DNA of 64,000 nucleotides from Vulcanimicrobiota bacterium (GTDB lineage: Bacteria > Vulcanimicrobiota > Vulcanimicrobiia > Vulcanimicrobiales > Vulcanimicrobiaceae), in NCBI GenBank assembly GCA_963833095.1, contig CAWHWQ010000001.1:544001-608000 (forward strand), in the 5' to 3' direction. The notes below the pieces were generated by a model. The model searched no databases, was not told where the DNA came from, and saw only the letters and a list, made by a program, of their open reading frames with translations. How positions within the stretch are numbered: the first letter of the stretch is position 1; each line of letters starts with the position of its first letter. Below, piece by piece: positions 53,203 to 63,882 of this stretch. Both the position numbers and the translations under genes were made by a program.

Positions 53203-53954
53203 TTCTTTCGAGCGGAACCAAGAAACCGAAGATCCATCCGAGCGCCTACGTCGCGCCCACCGCGACGCTCAGCGGCGACGTGACCGTTGGGGCCGGGTGT
53301 GCGATCCTACATGGCGCAGTGATAACCGCCGAGGGCGCGTCCGTAACCGTCGGTAGTGATACCGTGGTGATGGAGCATGCGGTGATCAAAGCGAGCGGAG
53401 GCAGCGCGACGCAGTTTCCCGTCAAGATCGGCGAGCGCTGTATCATCGGACCGCACGCCTACGTCGTCGGCGCAACGATCGGCGCTGGCTGCTTCATCGC
53501 GAGCGGCAGCCGTGTCTTCAATGGCGCTGTGATGGAGGAGGGCAGCGGCGTCGCGCTCGGTGGAATCGTCCACATCAATGCGCATCTCCTCAAGAATGCC
53601 AGCGTCCCGATGCAGCACATCGCCTACGGCAATCCCGCCAAGATCGTATCGCCTGAGAAAGCTCCAGAAGTCGCTCGGGATCTGCAGTTCTACGAAAACG
53701 TCTTCAACATCGACAGCGGTGAGGGCGCTCGTGCCAAGGCAGCGCAAACGTACGCGCAATTCCTACGCAAGACGCACGCGCAGGATACCGTACTTGATGC
53801 GCACGCGAATAAGGCGCCCGTGCGCCGGAGCTCCGGCGAAGAGCCGCCGAAGCAGCAAACGACGGAAGTCGATACCGTTGTCGACGCGATGATGCTCGAA
53901 CTCCAAGAGATGGAACACCGCCGGCAAGAAGGGCTCAAGAAAAAGCCCAAGTGA
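53199..53954 (+). CDS. Gamma-carbonic-anhydrase-like hexapeptide-repeat protein
   Basis: PKIHPSAYVAPTATLSGDV; GNPAK; left-handed beta-helix repeats. Confidence 0.8.
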   Translation: MILSSGTKKPKIHPSAYVAPTATLSGDVTVGAGCAILHGAVITAEGASVTVGSDTVVMEHAVIKASGGSATQFPVKIGERCIIGPHAYVVGATIGAGCFIASGSRVFNGAVMEEGSGVALGGIVHINAHLLKNASVPMQHIAYGNPAKIVSPEKAPEVARDLQFYENVFNIDSGEGARAKAAQTYAQFLRKTHAQDTVLDAHANKAPVRRSSGEEPPKQQTTEVDTVVDAMMLELQEMEHRRQEGLKKKPK

Positions 53955-54742
53955 ATCTCGAGCCATACATCGAATTCGCCAAAAAAGCTTTTGCGCGCGA
54001 GTCGACCTATCGCCTCGAGGTGCTGACCGAAGTCGGGTCGCTGGTCCTGCGCGTCTACCTGCTGCGCTCGCTGTGGACGGCGCTTTACTCGCAAAACGCG
54101 ATGCCGCTGAATCTGCCGCTGCACAGCATGATTACGTATGCGACGGTTGCGCTCCTGATGTCTTTGATTCTCGAAGTCGACGGCACACGTTTGATTCGCG
54201 AGAAGCTGCGCGAAGGCACGATTGCGACCGACCTGATGAAGCCGATTAGCTTGCCGCTCTACTTCTTCGCCGACGGTGTCGGCCAGACGCTACTGCACGC
54301 CCTGCTCGTCATACCGTCGCTGCTCTTTGCGCTGTTGCTCGTGCGCATCGACGTCCCGGGGCCGGCAACGCTGGCGGTCTTTCTGCTCGCGTTTTTGCTC
54401 GGATATTGCGTCAATTTTTTCATCAATTTCTTGATGAACTCGGTAGCGTTCTGGACGCTCGAAACCTTCGCGATTCAACTGATCGTGCGCTGGGTGTCGG
54501 ATCTGCTTTCGGGACAAATCATACCGCTGACGTTCTTTCCGGGAATCTTCGGAACGATCGTCTTTGCGTTGCCGTTCGCAGCGGTGTACTCGACACCGCT
54601 GCTCATTTACGTCGGGGTCATCGCGCCCTCGCAGTGGGCGTTCGCGCTGGGCATACAAGCCGCATGGCTGGTGCTCTTCAGCGGACTCTCGGCTCTAGTG
54701 TGGCAAGCAGCCGAAAGGAGGGTGGTGATTCAGGGTGGGTGA
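53951..54742 (+). CDS. ABC-2 family permease (DUF990 type)
   Basis: REGTIATDLMKP; LSGQIIPL; VVIQGG C-terminus. Confidence 0.88.
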   Translation: MNLEPYIEFAKKAFARESTYRLEVLTEVGSLVLRVYLLRSLWTALYSQNAMPLNLPLHSMITYATVALLMSLILEVDGTRLIREKLREGTIATDLMKPISLPLYFFADGVGQTLLHALLVIPSLLFALLLVRIDVPGPATLAVFLLAFLLGYCVNFFINFLMNSVAFWTLETFAIQLIVRWVSDLLSGQIIPLTFFPGIFGTIVFALPFAAVYSTPLLIYVGVIAPSQWAFALGIQAAWLVLFSGLSALVWQAAERRVVIQGG

Positions 54743-54765
54743 GCGCGAGCGAAGCCGCGCGACTG

Positions 54766-55493
54766 TTAATCGACCCCGGGGACATCCCAGAGGACGAGTT
54801 CGCCGCGGCCCTTGACCGCCAGTCGCGCCACGTCGTAGAAGCGAATCGCGTCGCCTTTTTGCAGCGCCTCGCCGTTGGCTTCGATCTTACCGTCGTCAAC
54901 GAAGAGAAAGCCGAAACGGTTCGGCGCGAACTCATAGACGGCTCGTCTGTCCTCGATCCGTGAGACTCTAGCGTCGCATCCTGCGTGATGCGAATCGGCG
55001 CGTCGACGCCGTCCTGGCCGCTGACGATCCGCAGCCAGCGTATTGTGCGATCTTCGGGCGCGAAATCCATCTGCCCGTAGGCCGGCGCCTCGCCGGTTTT
55101 GCCGGGCAGCACCCACATCTGCACAAAATGGAGCTGGCGCCATCGGACGGCGTTGAACTCGCTGTGACGCACGCCCGTGCCCGCGCTCATAAACTGCACG
55201 CCGCCCGGACCGACGACGCCGTCGTTGCCGAGCAGTCCTTGTGGGCGAGCTCGCCCGTCGAACACATAGGTCACGATCTCCATGTCGCGGTGCGGATGCG
55301 GCGGAAAGCCTGCGCCGCCCGCGACGCGTGTCGTCGTTGAAGACGCGCAGCGCACCCCAGTTCTCGATTCTCCGGATCGAAGTAGTCGGCAAAGCTGAAC
55401 GAATGGTACGTCTTGAGCCAGCCGTGATGGAAAAAGCGTGATAGCTTCGCCGAACGCTGGATCGAAAACGTCGGCGGCATCGAGGTCTTCATG
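54766..55493 (-). CDS. Pirin family protein (frameshifted)
   Basis: WLKTYHSFSFADY; GFPPHPHRDMEIVTYV; MSAGTGVRHSEFN. Confidence 0.9.
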
Positions 55494-55511
55494 GTAGCTG
55501 CCTCAGACACC

Positions 55512-56394
55512 CTACTCGGGGGTCAGGTTGCGCAGCCGCCCGAGCAACAGGTGGTAGTAGAGCATCCCGCGCGTCGGGCCGAGTACGTCGAGCACCGCAT
55601 CCAAATCGAGCGTCTGGTCGCCCGAAAGCAGCTTGACCGTGCGGGCCACGCCCGAGTCGCGCATCGGAAAGATATCGAGACGGCCGAAGCCGCGCAGCAG
55701 CACAACGGAGGCGCTCCACGGCCCGATCCCGCGCATGCGCGTACGAGCGATTCGGCGGCCTGCGCGGTCGGGAGCGCCTCGAGCTCCCGTCTCGTCGACC
55801 GGCCGTCGAGCGCGCGTCGCGACCGCGCGCAGATGCGCGACCTTGTTGGTCGAGAGCCCGCGGCGCGCAGCTGCGCTTCGGCTCGGCGAGCACGCGCCGC
55901 GGCCCGGGAAACGGTACGCAGATCGACGCCGGCGACGTCGAACGGCGTAGCCGATGAGCGCTCGACCACGCGGCGCATGATCGCCGCCGCGGCGTGGATG
56001 CTGATCTGCTGAAAGACGATCGCGTGCGCGCACGCCTCCCAAGCGTCGGGTAGCGCGGCGGCTTAACGCCGCGCAGCGCGCTGCGCGAGCGGCGCAAGCC
56101 ACGGCACGCGCGCGCCGCGCGTGCGCATCCATGGCGGCAGATCGACCTCGACTCCAAGCATCCGCGCGACGAGCGCGCGCACGTGCGCTCGGCCGAGCCT
56201 TCGCGTCGCTTGCACGCACAGATCCGCGCGCGTCCGGCTGCGTGACGCGCACCGCGACGAGCGCCGTGCCTCGTCGGCGAAGGCGCGCGATAGTACGTGC
56301 CGTCGTCGCCGACGACGTCGACGGCGTTGGTCGCGAGCCGGCGCAGCGCATCCGCCGTCAGATCGAGACGAAACGGCGCGCGGACGGGGAGCAC
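55512..56394 (-). CDS. DNA-3-methyladenine glycosylase II (AlkA family; frameshifted)
   Basis: RGIGPWSA HhH motif; GFGRLDIFP; IVFQQIS; RGMLYYHLL. Confidence 0.8.
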
Positions 56395-56420
56395 GCTCGC
56401 AATGTTGGAAACACGTCTCG

Positions 56421-57213
56421 ATGGTCGGAGCCTATCTGCAGTACTGGCGCGTGAACTTCCTGACGATGCTCGAGTACCGGGCCAACTTCATCATGTGGTT
56501 CGGTTCACCATCGTCTATCACGGCGTCGCGCTCGGCGCGCTGTACGTAACGATGCAACGTTCCCCTCGATGAACGGCTGGGATTTCCGCCAGATGTTCTT
56601 TCTGTACGCGCTCTGGATGACTCGGGCACGAATTCCACAACGTTTCTTCTTCAATGTGGTTGCCGTGCCGGATTACGTCCGCGAAGGCCGCTTCGACCGC
56701 TTCCTCGTGCGCCCGCTCGACACGCTCTTTCAAGCGCTGACCGTCCCGCAGCAAATCTCGCCCGACGGAATCGTGATTGCCATCGCTACGCTCGCCGTCG
56801 CTACTGCTACGGCGCGCGTTCACGTCGACTGGATTTTCGTGGTCTTCGTGCCGCTGGTCGTGCTCGGCGGCGCGCTGATCGATCTCGGCATCTCGCTGGT
56901 CGTCGCGACGATTTCGTTCTGGTTCATACGCGTCGACACGCTGCGCTGGGTCGTCATGTCGCTCGAGCAGGACTTCACCCGCTATCCGATCAGCATCTAC
57001 ACGCGCGGCGTGCAGATCGTGCTGGCGTTCGTCCTCCCGTTCGCCTTCATGAACTACTTTCCGGCGACGTTCTTCTTGCAGAAGGCCGAAACCGGACTTC
57101 ATCTCAATCCCGCCGTCGGTCTGCTGACGCCCGCGATCGGCGTCGTGTGGGTCTCGATCGCGTATTTATTTTGGCAGACGGGTCTACGCCACTATCAGGG
57201 AACGGGATCGTGA
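56421..57213 (+). CDS. ABC-2 family permease (DUF990 type; frameshifted)
   Basis: LEYRANF; VREGRFDRFLVRPL; RYPISIY; YQGTGS C-terminus. Confidence 0.88.
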
Positions 57214-58082
57214 ATCGGCAAGCATTTCTTCTGGCCGGCGGTGCATTTGCCGTGGCACCGCTGCGCGCGCGAGCGTCATCGTATACTCGTGTCGAGGCAA
57301 TTGCGCACGGGGTTCCGGGGGTGGTCGGCGCCTATTGCCGCACGCTGGCCGATGGGCCGCCGCTCTTTGCCTTTAACGAACATGTCGTGTTTCCAACCGC
57401 GTCAACGATCAAGGCGCTCATCATGGTCACCGCCTTCGTCGAAGAGGAGCATCGTCCAGGAACGCTCGACGAGCGCATTACCACGCACCGTGGCGAGCTC
57501 ATCGGCGGCTCGGATTTTATGTCGCAACAGCCCGACGGCGCGCGATTTACCGTGCGCGAGTTGATCGTGCCGATGATCACCCTCAGCGATAACACCGCGA
57601 GCAATTACCTCATCTCTTTTTTCGGAATGCCGGCGATTAACGCCGTTGGCGCGCGCCTGAAGATGAATCAGACTCGGCTCGCGCGGCACTTTCTCGATTT
57701 CGCGGCGATCGTACACCACAACGACAACGTGACCACGCCGGCTGATATGTCAAAACTGCTCTTCGCCATCGCCAGCGGCGCCCGCGAGGAAAGGGCCACG
57801 ATCTGTTTGCCCGAGCATTGCAAAGCGATGATCCAGATCATGCTACGTCAGACGGACCGCGACAAAATCCCCGCCGGCCTGCCGGCCGGGGTTCCGGTTG
57901 CAAACAAGACCGGCGAACTCGACGGCAGCCGCAGCGATATCGCAATCGTGGAGCCATTCGGCGATTCGCCCTATATCTTAACGGTTTACAGCAAATGGTT
58001 GCAGGAATATCCGCCGGTCTATAATGCGTTCCATCGCTTTGCGCGTCTTTCATATGGATTAGTGGGAAAAACGGACCTATAA
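57210..58082 (+). CDS. Class A beta-lactamase-related serine hydrolase
   Basis: ASTIK, SDN and KTG motifs; Tat-like NRQAFL leader. Confidence 0.88.
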   Translation: MNRQAFLLAGGAFAVAPLRARASSYTRVEAIAHGVPGVVGAYCRTLADGPPLFAFNEHVVFPTASTIKALIMVTAFVEEEHRPGTLDERITTHRGELIGGSDFMSQQPDGARFTVRELIVPMITLSDNTASNYLISFFGMPAINAVGARLKMNQTRLARHFLDFAAIVHHNDNVTTPADMSKLLFAIASGAREERATICLPEHCKAMIQIMLRQTDRDKIPAGLPAGVPVANKTGELDGSRSDIAIVEPFGDSPYILTVYSKWLQEYPPVYNAFHRFARLSYGLVGKTDL

Positions 58083-58134
58083 GAAGGCTCCCCTCGCGCA
58101 GGACTTCGCCACCCACCGCGCGGTATTGCATGTC

Positions 58135-59928
58135 ATGAAACGGGCGCTTTGCATTGCCCCTGCGTTGCTATTAGCGGCGTGTGGTGGAGGTGGTAGTGGT
58201 CCTGCGGCATTGCCGCAGCCGCGCAGCAGTGCTGCCGCGAAGGACGTTACCGCCACGGCGAAGATAACGATTCCGAGCGCCGGCTCGACCAGCAACCGCG
58301 CTCTGAGAAAAATTTACGACACGGCGTCCACGACGCAAGGCATTTTGCTCACGGTCTATCCGGTGAGTGGAACGCCGTCGCAAGTCATCACGGTCGCCGG
58401 CGGTGATATCTCGGGCGACGCCGCGTCGAATTGCACGGCAAACGGCAGCGGCCGTGTCTGCACCGTCTCATTCCCGGCTCCGCCGGGCAACAGCAATCTG
58501 CTCGCGCAAACCTACACGCAAATCATTCCCGGCGGCGGCACGGTTCCCGGCGGCGCGCAAGTGCTCGGGGCTGGAAGCACGCCGATCTCGATTTCGGTTA
58601 ACCCGGCAAGCGGCGTCAACAACGTCAACCTCACGCTCAATCCCGTGCTCGCAAGCGTCAACCTGACGCCGGTTCCCTCGTCGCTGCGCGCGCTTTTGCC
58701 CGCGACCTTCGGCGTCTCGGTTGTTGGCCTGGACGCGAGCGGCAGCATCATCGTCGCCGGCCAGTATGTCGATAGCAATGGGAATCCCGTGTCAGCGTCG
58801 CTCGCGTTCGGATCGAATCCAAACAGCTCTTTAGCGCTGTCGACAAGCACGGTGAGCGTGCCGGGGACGACCGTCACCGGTACGTACAACGGCAACGACG
58901 ACGTCGCCGGAAATGCCAGCGCGTCGATCGCTATCACGAGCGCTGCGCCGTTTGCCGCAACCGGCACGCTGACGATGCACGGGCCGACCGTAACGCCGAT
59001 GGCGTCGGCGCAGCCCTACCTCGCGGGCACGCCGCCGCCGTACGCCAACGCGCTCTACGTCAACGTCAACGGCAGCGATCCCCAGATCTGGTACACCGCC
59101 GCGAACAGCGGCACAACGTGCCTGGCAAACTACGACATCGCAAGCGCGAACGGCGCGTGCGCGACCGCTTCACCCGGTCCCGCCGGCCTGAGCACCGACG
59201 GTTCGAGTTACGTGTATGCCGCAGGCGCGACCGCGCCGTTTTACTACCAATTCAATCCGCTCGGATTCCTCACGCAAATCAATTCGTGCAGCACGTACTG
59301 CGGGTCGTCCAGCGGTTCGGCTTACTCTCCGACGAATCACGCACTCTACTACGTGGATAGCAGCGGCCAAGCGGTTGTGATGTATAATCCGCAGAGCGGT
59401 GGCAACGGCGCGCTGGCGGCGGGGGGAGTCGGTGGAACGCCCGAGGCCGTCCAAGTCGAAACGGTCAGCGGAACCGACAGCGTCTGGTTCTTGTCGTCGA
59501 CCGCTTTGTTCGTCGAAAGCCTGGGCTCAGGGATCTTAGCCACGAGTCCGCCGAGCGGAATGCTCGACCTGTACGGGACCGCTGACGGATCCGCCGCGTA
59601 CGTGACCGTGCCCGCGAGCAACGCGATAGCGGTCTTTACCTACAGCTCGAACCTCTCCGTCAGCCAATCGTATTCCACCACCCAAGGTGCGCCGCAATAT
59701 CTCGCCGGTTCATCCGACGGGAATTCGGTTTGGTTCAGCGAGACGACCGCCGGCGGCATCGGCGTTGGGCGCATCGACCTGGTCAACCAACGCGTCAATG
59801 AGTCGCAGATTGCGACCGGCGGTGGAATCGCCGGCGGCATCGCGCTCAATCCCAACAGCGACGCGATATACATCTTGGAATGGTCGGGCACGGCGTCACC
59901 GGGCCAAATCTACCAGGTGACGCCATGA
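58135..59928 (+). CDS. Large lipoprotein: conserved N-terminal beta domain plus beta-propeller-like C-terminus
   Basis: LAACGGG lipobox; C...GRVC...APPG; Ser/Thr/Gly-rich. Confidence 0.8.
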   Translation: MKRALCIAPALLLAACGGGGSGPAALPQPRSSAAAKDVTATAKITIPSAGSTSNRALRKIYDTASTTQGILLTVYPVSGTPSQVITVAGGDISGDAASNCTANGSGRVCTVSFPAPPGNSNLLAQTYTQIIPGGGTVPGGAQVLGAGSTPISISVNPASGVNNVNLTLNPVLASVNLTPVPSSLRALLPATFGVSVVGLDASGSIIVAGQYVDSNGNPVSASLAFGSNPNSSLALSTSTVSVPGTTVTGTYNGNDDVAGNASASIAITSAAPFAATGTLTMHGPTVTPMASAQPYLAGTPPPYANALYVNVNGSDPQIWYTAANSGTTCLANYDIASANGACATASPGPAGLSTDGSSYVYAAGATAPFYYQFNPLGFLTQINSCSTYCGSSSGSAYSPTNHALYYVDSSGQAVVMYNPQSGGNGALAAGGVGGTPEAVQVETVSGTDSVWFLSSTALFVESLGSGILATSPPSGMLDLYGTADGSAAYVTVPASNAIAVFTYSSNLSVSQSYSTTQGAPQYLAGSSDGNSVWFSETTAGGIGVGRIDLVNQRVNESQIATGGGIAGGIALNPNSDAIYILEWSGTASPGQIYQVTP

Positions 59929-62018
59929 AGCGCAGCATCGCCGCGCTGCTCGCGGTATCATTGCTTTCTGCATGCGGCGGTGGCGGTGCGTCGTCGCTGC
60001 CTCCAACCGCATCGCACGGATCGGGCGCGTCCGGCAAGAGCGTGAAGATGACGCTCGTCGTTCCCGCACCGTCGTCCTCGGCGTCATCGGCGCGCAAGCC
60101 AGCTTATATTTCACCGTCGGCGCTCGGCGCGCAGGTGAGCGTCACCGGTGCCGGTGGTGGGAGCGCGCAGACCGTCCTCGATCTGTCGTCGAGTTCGACG
60201 ATCTGCACAACGACCGGCGGTCAACGCAGTTGCAGCGCGAACGTCACGGCCCCGCTCGACAACGACACCTTCGTCGTCGAAATCTACGATACGTCACCGG
60301 TCAACGGCGTGATTCCCTCGAGCGCGCACGCGCTCGGCCTCGCCGCAGTCACCCAAACGATCACCCTCAGCTTCACCGGCACGCTGGTCATCGCGGTTGG
60401 CGGCGTGGTCTCGAGCATCGGTCTGCAGTCGACATTCCTGTCGGTTGCGCCAAATGGACAACCGCAGTCAGTCGGCATCGCCGTGAATCCGACGGACTTC
60501 GGGAACAATCCGATCGTCACCGGAACCACCAGCCCCTTTGCCAATCCGATCACCGCGATCGTAGCGGAAGTGGGCGGCAGCGGGCATATGTCGCTCGTGC
60601 TTAACGGCACGAACGTCGGTACAACGGCGACGCTCAAACAATCGACCGACACGCTGTCGGTCGCCTACGACGGCGGCGGAAGCGCAGGCTACGGCGGCAC
60701 AATCGAACTTTCAGCAGCCAATGCAACGGCGGAAACCTTCGTGCTCGCGCCGATGTACCTCACCAGCACGTCGCCGTACTACGCGAGCGGTTCACTCGGC
60801 CTACTCGGAACGGCAACCGGTGTGCCATTCACCATTACGGAGGCTAACGCACCTCTGGCCAACGCGTATACCGCAACCGCGAGCGGCTGCACCAACATCG
60901 CGACGGTCTCGAGCGTGAACATGGGGCTTTCCAATCCCGACGGCAGCGTTAAAATCGGGACGTTTACCGCTACGGGCGCATCGAGCGGCGGCACCGGCTG
61001 CAGCATCACCGTGAGCGACGGCATCACCAGCATCGCCATTCCGACGACGAATACCCCAAGCCAGGGCAGCGTCGTACTTTCGGGTGAATCGATTGCGGAA
61101 TACGCGCTGCCGACCTCCTCTCCGCCGCCTTCGTCCACGCCTTCGCCTTCACCGGCGCCGTACGCCATTGTTGCGGGTCCCGACGGGCGCATGTGGTTCT
61201 CAAACATCAGCAATAGCGGCGTCGGCGCGATCACGACCAGCGGTGCAATAACCTCGTATTTGTTGCCGGGTGATCTGTACGCCGCGCTCACGGTGGGAAG
61301 TGACGGCAACATTTGGGGCGCGGACGCGAACACGGTTACGATCGACAAGATCCTTGTGCCGAGCGGCGCACTCTTCGCCCAATATCACACCAGCTACGGG
61401 CCGGTTGGGATCACCAACGGCCCCGACGGCAACGTCTGGTTTACCGAAGCCAGCGGATGTTGCAGCGGCATGGTCGGCTACGTCACACCCGGCGGCACGC
61501 TCACGGAATTTCCGATCGTCGATTCAAGTCCCAACCCGGGCGGTATCGTGACGGTCGGAAGCAATCTCTGGTTCTGCGACAACGCAGCCGGCGGCAGAGT
61601 CATCGATCAAGTCACGACAAGCGGAATCGTAACGGACGTCACCGCCGCGCTCCCGCAGCCATGCAATACCCTCGCGGTCGAACCGGATGGCCTTTACGTC
61701 TGGGCTACGACCGGATTCCAAGGCGGGACGTATCCAGGTATCATGCGCATCAGCGTGTCAACCGGCGCGGTGAATCAATATGCGCTCACCGGGACATCGC
61801 AATCCGTCGCCGCGGCCGCAAACGGCATCATGTACGTCACGGAGGTCACGGCTTCGGGCGGGATGCTCGCGCAAATTCCCCAAGCATCGCCGGCGAGCTT
61901 CACGGAAATCCCTATCCCGACGAGCGCTGCGACGCCGTACGGCATTGCTGCGGGTCCGGACGGACGCATCTGGTTCACCGAATCCAACGAGAGTAAGATC
62001 GGCGCGCTCAGCCCCTAG
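59925..62018 (+). CDS. Large lipoprotein with Vgb-like beta-propeller
   Basis: LSACGGG; repeated GPDGxxWFTE blades. Confidence 0.85.
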   Translation: MKRSIAALLAVSLLSACGGGGASSLPPTASHGSGASGKSVKMTLVVPAPSSSASSARKPAYISPSALGAQVSVTGAGGGSAQTVLDLSSSSTICTTTGGQRSCSANVTAPLDNDTFVVEIYDTSPVNGVIPSSAHALGLAAVTQTITLSFTGTLVIAVGGVVSSIGLQSTFLSVAPNGQPQSVGIAVNPTDFGNNPIVTGTTSPFANPITAIVAEVGGSGHMSLVLNGTNVGTTATLKQSTDTLSVAYDGGGSAGYGGTIELSAANATAETFVLAPMYLTSTSPYYASGSLGLLGTATGVPFTITEANAPLANAYTATASGCTNIATVSSVNMGLSNPDGSVKIGTFTATGASSGGTGCSITVSDGITSIAIPTTNTPSQGSVVLSGESIAEYALPTSSPPPSSTPSPSPAPYAIVAGPDGRMWFSNISNSGVGAITTSGAITSYLLPGDLYAALTVGSDGNIWGADANTVTIDKILVPSGALFAQYHTSYGPVGITNGPDGNVWFTEASGCCSGMVGYVTPGGTLTEFPIVDSSPNPGGIVTVGSNLWFCDNAAGGRVIDQVTTSGIVTDVTAALPQPCNTLAVEPDGLYVWATTGFQGGTYPGIMRISVSTGAVNQYALTGTSQSVAAAANGIMYVTEVTASGGMLAQIPQASPASFTEIPIPTSAATPYGIAAGPDGRIWFTESNESKIGALSP

Positions 62019-62103
62019 GGAACATTGGACGAAGGAGGCGGCCCCTAAACTGCCAAGAGCTTAGTGACGCTGGTCGCTTTGCAACCAGCGTGGAGGCCGT
62101 CTG

Positions 62104-63882
62104 ATGCCGCGATTGATCGGGATCGTTCTCGTGAGCACGCTGCTCGCCGCTTGTGGTGGGGGCAGTTCAAGCGTGCTCCCCAAGGCCGGCGGCAACGCGA
62201 CCCCCTCAAAGATGAAGGTGCAGGTCTCGATCACCATGCGTGTGCCGGGCGCAGCCAGTGCGCGTAATGCCGCGCTGCGACGGCGCTTCACGATAGCGCA
62301 AAATACGGCCGGTGCACTCATCTCCGTCTACACCGCAGGCAATGACACCGGAACGCCGCTTGCGACGACCGCGGTAAACATCGAGCCCTCGCCCGCGCCG
62401 GGTTCGACCTGCACGGCGTCCGATGCGCTTGGCAATCGCTCGTGCACCTTTGATATTTCGGCGCCGGTCGGCACCGACGACTTCGCGATCACCACCTGGG
62501 ACCAGGCCCCGACTGGGGCTTCGATCCCCGTAAGCGCAAATGAACTCGGTTGGGGCCTCGATCCGTCGGTTGCGATCGTCGCCGGTGCGACCGCCAACGT
62601 GAGCGTAACGCTCTCGAGCGTGCTCGCCTCGGTCTCACTCGACCTCACGCCGGCCACGTTGCATCAGATCATTCCATCGACCGGCACGATCGGCGTCTAC
62701 GCGCTCGACGCCGACAACGACGTGATCGTGAGCAACGGCTTCGTGGATCCCAGCGGCAATCCGATTACGCTCAGCCTCAACGACGACAACAGTTTGAACG
62801 GCGCACTCTATCTCTCAACGAGCAGTATTAGCGCGCCAAGTGCAACCGGCGTCCAGTATTTCTACGCGCCGGGTAACGGCCCACTTAGTTCGAGCGGAAA
62901 TCAAACGGTCAACTTCTCGGTCAGCTCGTCGTACGACGCGGTAACAACGACCGGCGCGGCGCTGAACGCGATCTATCCGAGTTTTACGTCGATCACCGAC
63001 CCGAATCTCAGCGTCAATAACACGCATCACGGCGGCGTGGTGTTCGATACCCAAGCCGGCGTCTATTACACGACGCCGCTCAATTTCGGTGGCATATCAT
63101 ATTATAGCGGAAGCGGAAGCAGCATCACCGACAACGCCGCGGCAGTCTCGACGGCGCCGATTCTCGGCAGCATTGTAAGCGTTACTGGAGCGTTTGTCGC
63201 GATCGCAGGCAATCAAGAGCTGACATTCGGGGCGCCGCCGTCTTCCACCATCGCTCCCGGGCCGAATTCAGCCTTGATGCCGGTGCCCAACGGCAGTGCA
63301 GTCGCTTTCAACAACGGTGGAGCAATCTGGTACACGAGCGGCTCGTCGCTGATCAACTACCCGCTTTTCAGCGGCTCGCCGAGCGCGACCGGGATCGGCG
63401 TCAATACCTCGGCCGGCGTCGCCGTAGATGCGTCATCGAACGTTTGGGTTGTCGACAATGTTGACAGCCGCATCATTGAGTATCCCGGCCCCAACAACCC
63501 GCTGCAAGCGGGCGGAGCACCCTGGGACGTCCTCATCAACGCCAACGGCATCTATGTCACCGATCACGGACCGAACCCCGCGATCATTCAGCTCGATAGT
63601 AGCGGCAACATCGTCAATACGATCTCCGTTCCGGACGGCGCAGTGCCCTGGTACATGATGCCGGACAATGCGCAGCCCGGCATCGTCTGGTTCGACTATC
63701 TGCTCAACGGCCAAATCGGTATTGGCCGGATGGATACCAACACATCGCCGACAACTTTCGTGCTCGCGACCGACGTGAATGGTCCATTCGGATCGCAAGC
63801 CGGCGCGATCGGCGCCGCTTCGAACGGCTTGGTCTACCTCGTGTTCGACGGAACGTCGACGCTGGTGCAGGTGCAGCGATGA
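62104..63882 (+). CDS. Large lipoprotein paralogue with beta-propeller-like C-terminus
   Basis: LAACGGG; C...GNRSC...APVGTDDF; GVAVDASSNVWV. Confidence 0.8.
   Translation: MPRLIGIVLVSTLLAACGGGSSSVLPKAGGNATPSKMKVQVSITMRVPGAASARNAALRRRFTIAQNTAGALISVYTAGNDTGTPLATTAVNIEPSPAPGSTCTASDALGNRSCTFDISAPVGTDDFAITTWDQAPTGASIPVSANELGWGLDPSVAIVAGATANVSVTLSSVLASVSLDLTPATLHQIIPSTGTIGVYALDADNDVIVSNGFVDPSGNPITLSLNDDNSLNGALYLSTSSISAPSATGVQYFYAPGNGPLSSSGNQTVNFSVSSSYDAVTTTGAALNAIYPSFTSITDPNLSVNNTHHGGVVFDTQAGVYYTTPLNFGGISYYSGSGSSITDNAAAVSTAPILGSIVSVTGAFVAIAGNQELTFGAPPSSTIAPGPNSALMPVPNGSAVAFNNGGAIWYTSGSSLINYPLFSGSPSATGIGVNTSAGVAVDASSNVWVVDNVDSRIIEYPGPNNPLQAGGAPWDVLINANGIYVTDHGPNPAIIQLDSSGNIVNTISVPDGAVPWYMMPDNAQPGIVWFDYLLNGQIGIGRMDTNTSPTTFVLATDVNGPFGSQAGAIGAASNGLVYLVFDGTSTLVQVQR

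Noticed and set aside
56405..56420. SOS box upstream of alkA
   Set aside because: GGAAACACGTCTCG does not fit CGAAC-N4-GTTCG
57210..58082. Bona fide antibiotic-resistance beta-lactamase
   Set aside because: No clear omega-loop ExxLN motif; more likely a generic PBP-like hydrolase
59925..62018. Virginiamycin B lyase resistance gene
   Set aside because: Vgb-like blades sit in a large lipoprotein; shared fold does not imply function
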